Assembly: GCA_044892505.1 (NCBI GenBank) | Contig: CM097884.1 | Coordinates: 13,516,001 to 13,580,000, forward strand | Origin: Schmidtea nova | Lineage: Eukaryota | DNA length: 64,000 nucleotides | Direction of reading: 5' to 3' | Shown: piece after piece, positions 62,832 to 64,000 of the stretch | Numbering within the stretch: position 1 is the stretch's first letter | Layout: every line of letters starts with the position of its first letter | Program-made: the position numbers and the translations under genes | The notes under the pieces: model-generated | Databases searched by the model: none | Told to the model about the DNA's origin: nothing | Seen by the model: the letters and a program-made list of their open reading frames with translations, nothing else

Positions 62832-63769
62832 TGTTGAGGTTCCCAGAATCTCAACTTGGTATCTTATATAAATAAATAAGATAATACTGGTTCAAAGATT
62901 TTATTCAAATACAACAAATACAAATTACCTAAAAAATATTACAGATTCACAATGTTATTCCTATAATGTGTAAATATATATGTATGCGTGTGTATGTGTG
63001 AATGCCTTCTGAGCTCGATATCTTGTATGCTCGAAATTATTATTTCAATAGTCGATAACAACTATGAAATTCTTCTTACGCAAAGATTTTATGGGTGATT
63101 TGACTGAGAAAAACGTTTGCTTATATAGTTAAATTTTGTGGTCCTTAACTTCAAGTGACAAGAGTTGTTTTCTGTCAATAATATTTGTTTTTAATAAACA
63201 ATTTTTCTATTTATAATAGTACACACAACAATTACTATATTTAGAATTATCCTTTTTACCAGCATCCTTAATGTTTAAACATGTGATAATTTATATCAGG
63301 TTGATACCTATGCTTTATTGATTATATTAATCTTCTTGTAATTTATTTCTATCTATTTTCAATATTATTAATTATTATTTTGTTTTAATTCATGTATGAT
63401 TTTTTTTTGTTTTTTAACTGCAGTGACCCCTATCTGAAAAATAAAATTATTAAGTATTATTGCTATTTACAGTTTTTATCTTACTCAAATAAATATTTAA
63501 AAGATTATAATTGTATTAATTAACAAGTAATACTCATCAATACCTATAAAGAAAATCGTAGAAGGCATAAATCATGGCGTAACAAACTCATTTTCACAGA
63601 TGGGATATTGCATTGTAGTTGTTATAAAATGTTTCTTTCTGCTATCATTAATGTAACAATTAGTTGTGTGATATTTTTTGAAAAACTCCGTCTGGTAAAA
63701 TGAAATTAGTTACAATGTCTTTTTTCAAGCATTCAGAAAGACGAGAATTGACATCTATTATTTGTCACC

Positions 63770-63815
<46 letters not shown>

Positions 63816-64000
63816 TTTCATTTTTATTGCTCTTTATCAAAAATTATTTGATTCTATTTAATTTACACTTTCAAAATGTTTTTCACATATTTAGAAACAA
63901 ATGGAAATGGGTAAACACATGCTTATTCAGGAAATTAAAATTAGTTTAGTATATTTGTTTTTATTGCTCTTGAAGAGCGTTAAACCAAAATAACGGTGCT
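62832..64000 (-). repeat. 5' LTR (truncated by the window edge)
   Basis: Direct repeat of 50368-51534, adjacent to the PBS. Confidence 0.93.

Larger units (their letters stand above)
50368..64000 (-). mobile_element. Young env-bearing Ty3/gypsy-type LTR retroelement (5' LTR runs off the window)
   Basis: Paired LTRs, PBS, and gag/env/pol motifs; no frameshifts and one in-frame TGA. Confidence 0.95.

Overview
AT-rich eukaryotic DNA with 44-54 nt introns and dense transposon content; a planarian-like host (e.g. Schmidtea/Dugesia) is an inference only. There are two host genes: exons of a CTTNBP2/CTTNBP2NL-family gene (+, 4.2-22.7 kb) and an ETS-domain gene (-, 46.7-48.1 kb). Most of the rest is mobile DNA: mariner, hAT, Merlin, piggyBac-type MITE, foldback, Polinton-like, Penelope and Ty3/gypsy remnants. 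The main find is a very young Ty3/gypsy-type element on the minus strand (50368 to beyond 64000) with near-identical LTRs and an 18-nt tRNA primer-binding site. Its two large ORFs are in the same frame, separated by a single TGA. Together they encode a ~2970-aa polyprotein in the order Gag(CA, CCHC) - ubiquitin-like - Bcl-2-like (BH3/BH1/BH2) - signal/TM - Cys-rich Env ectodomain - TM - protease - RT - RNase H - integrase - second signal-like segment - FN3-like domain - TM. A separate ORF3 holds a catalytically degenerate REX4/ISG20-like exonuclease fold. A divergent relic at 36.8-39.3 kb repeats the Env-before-Pol order. The window also has a canonical minimal hammerhead ribozyme (45532-45573) and palindromic Penelope repeats carrying a U3-A8 variant hammerhead. 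All domain calls are by-eye motif comparisons; no searches were run.
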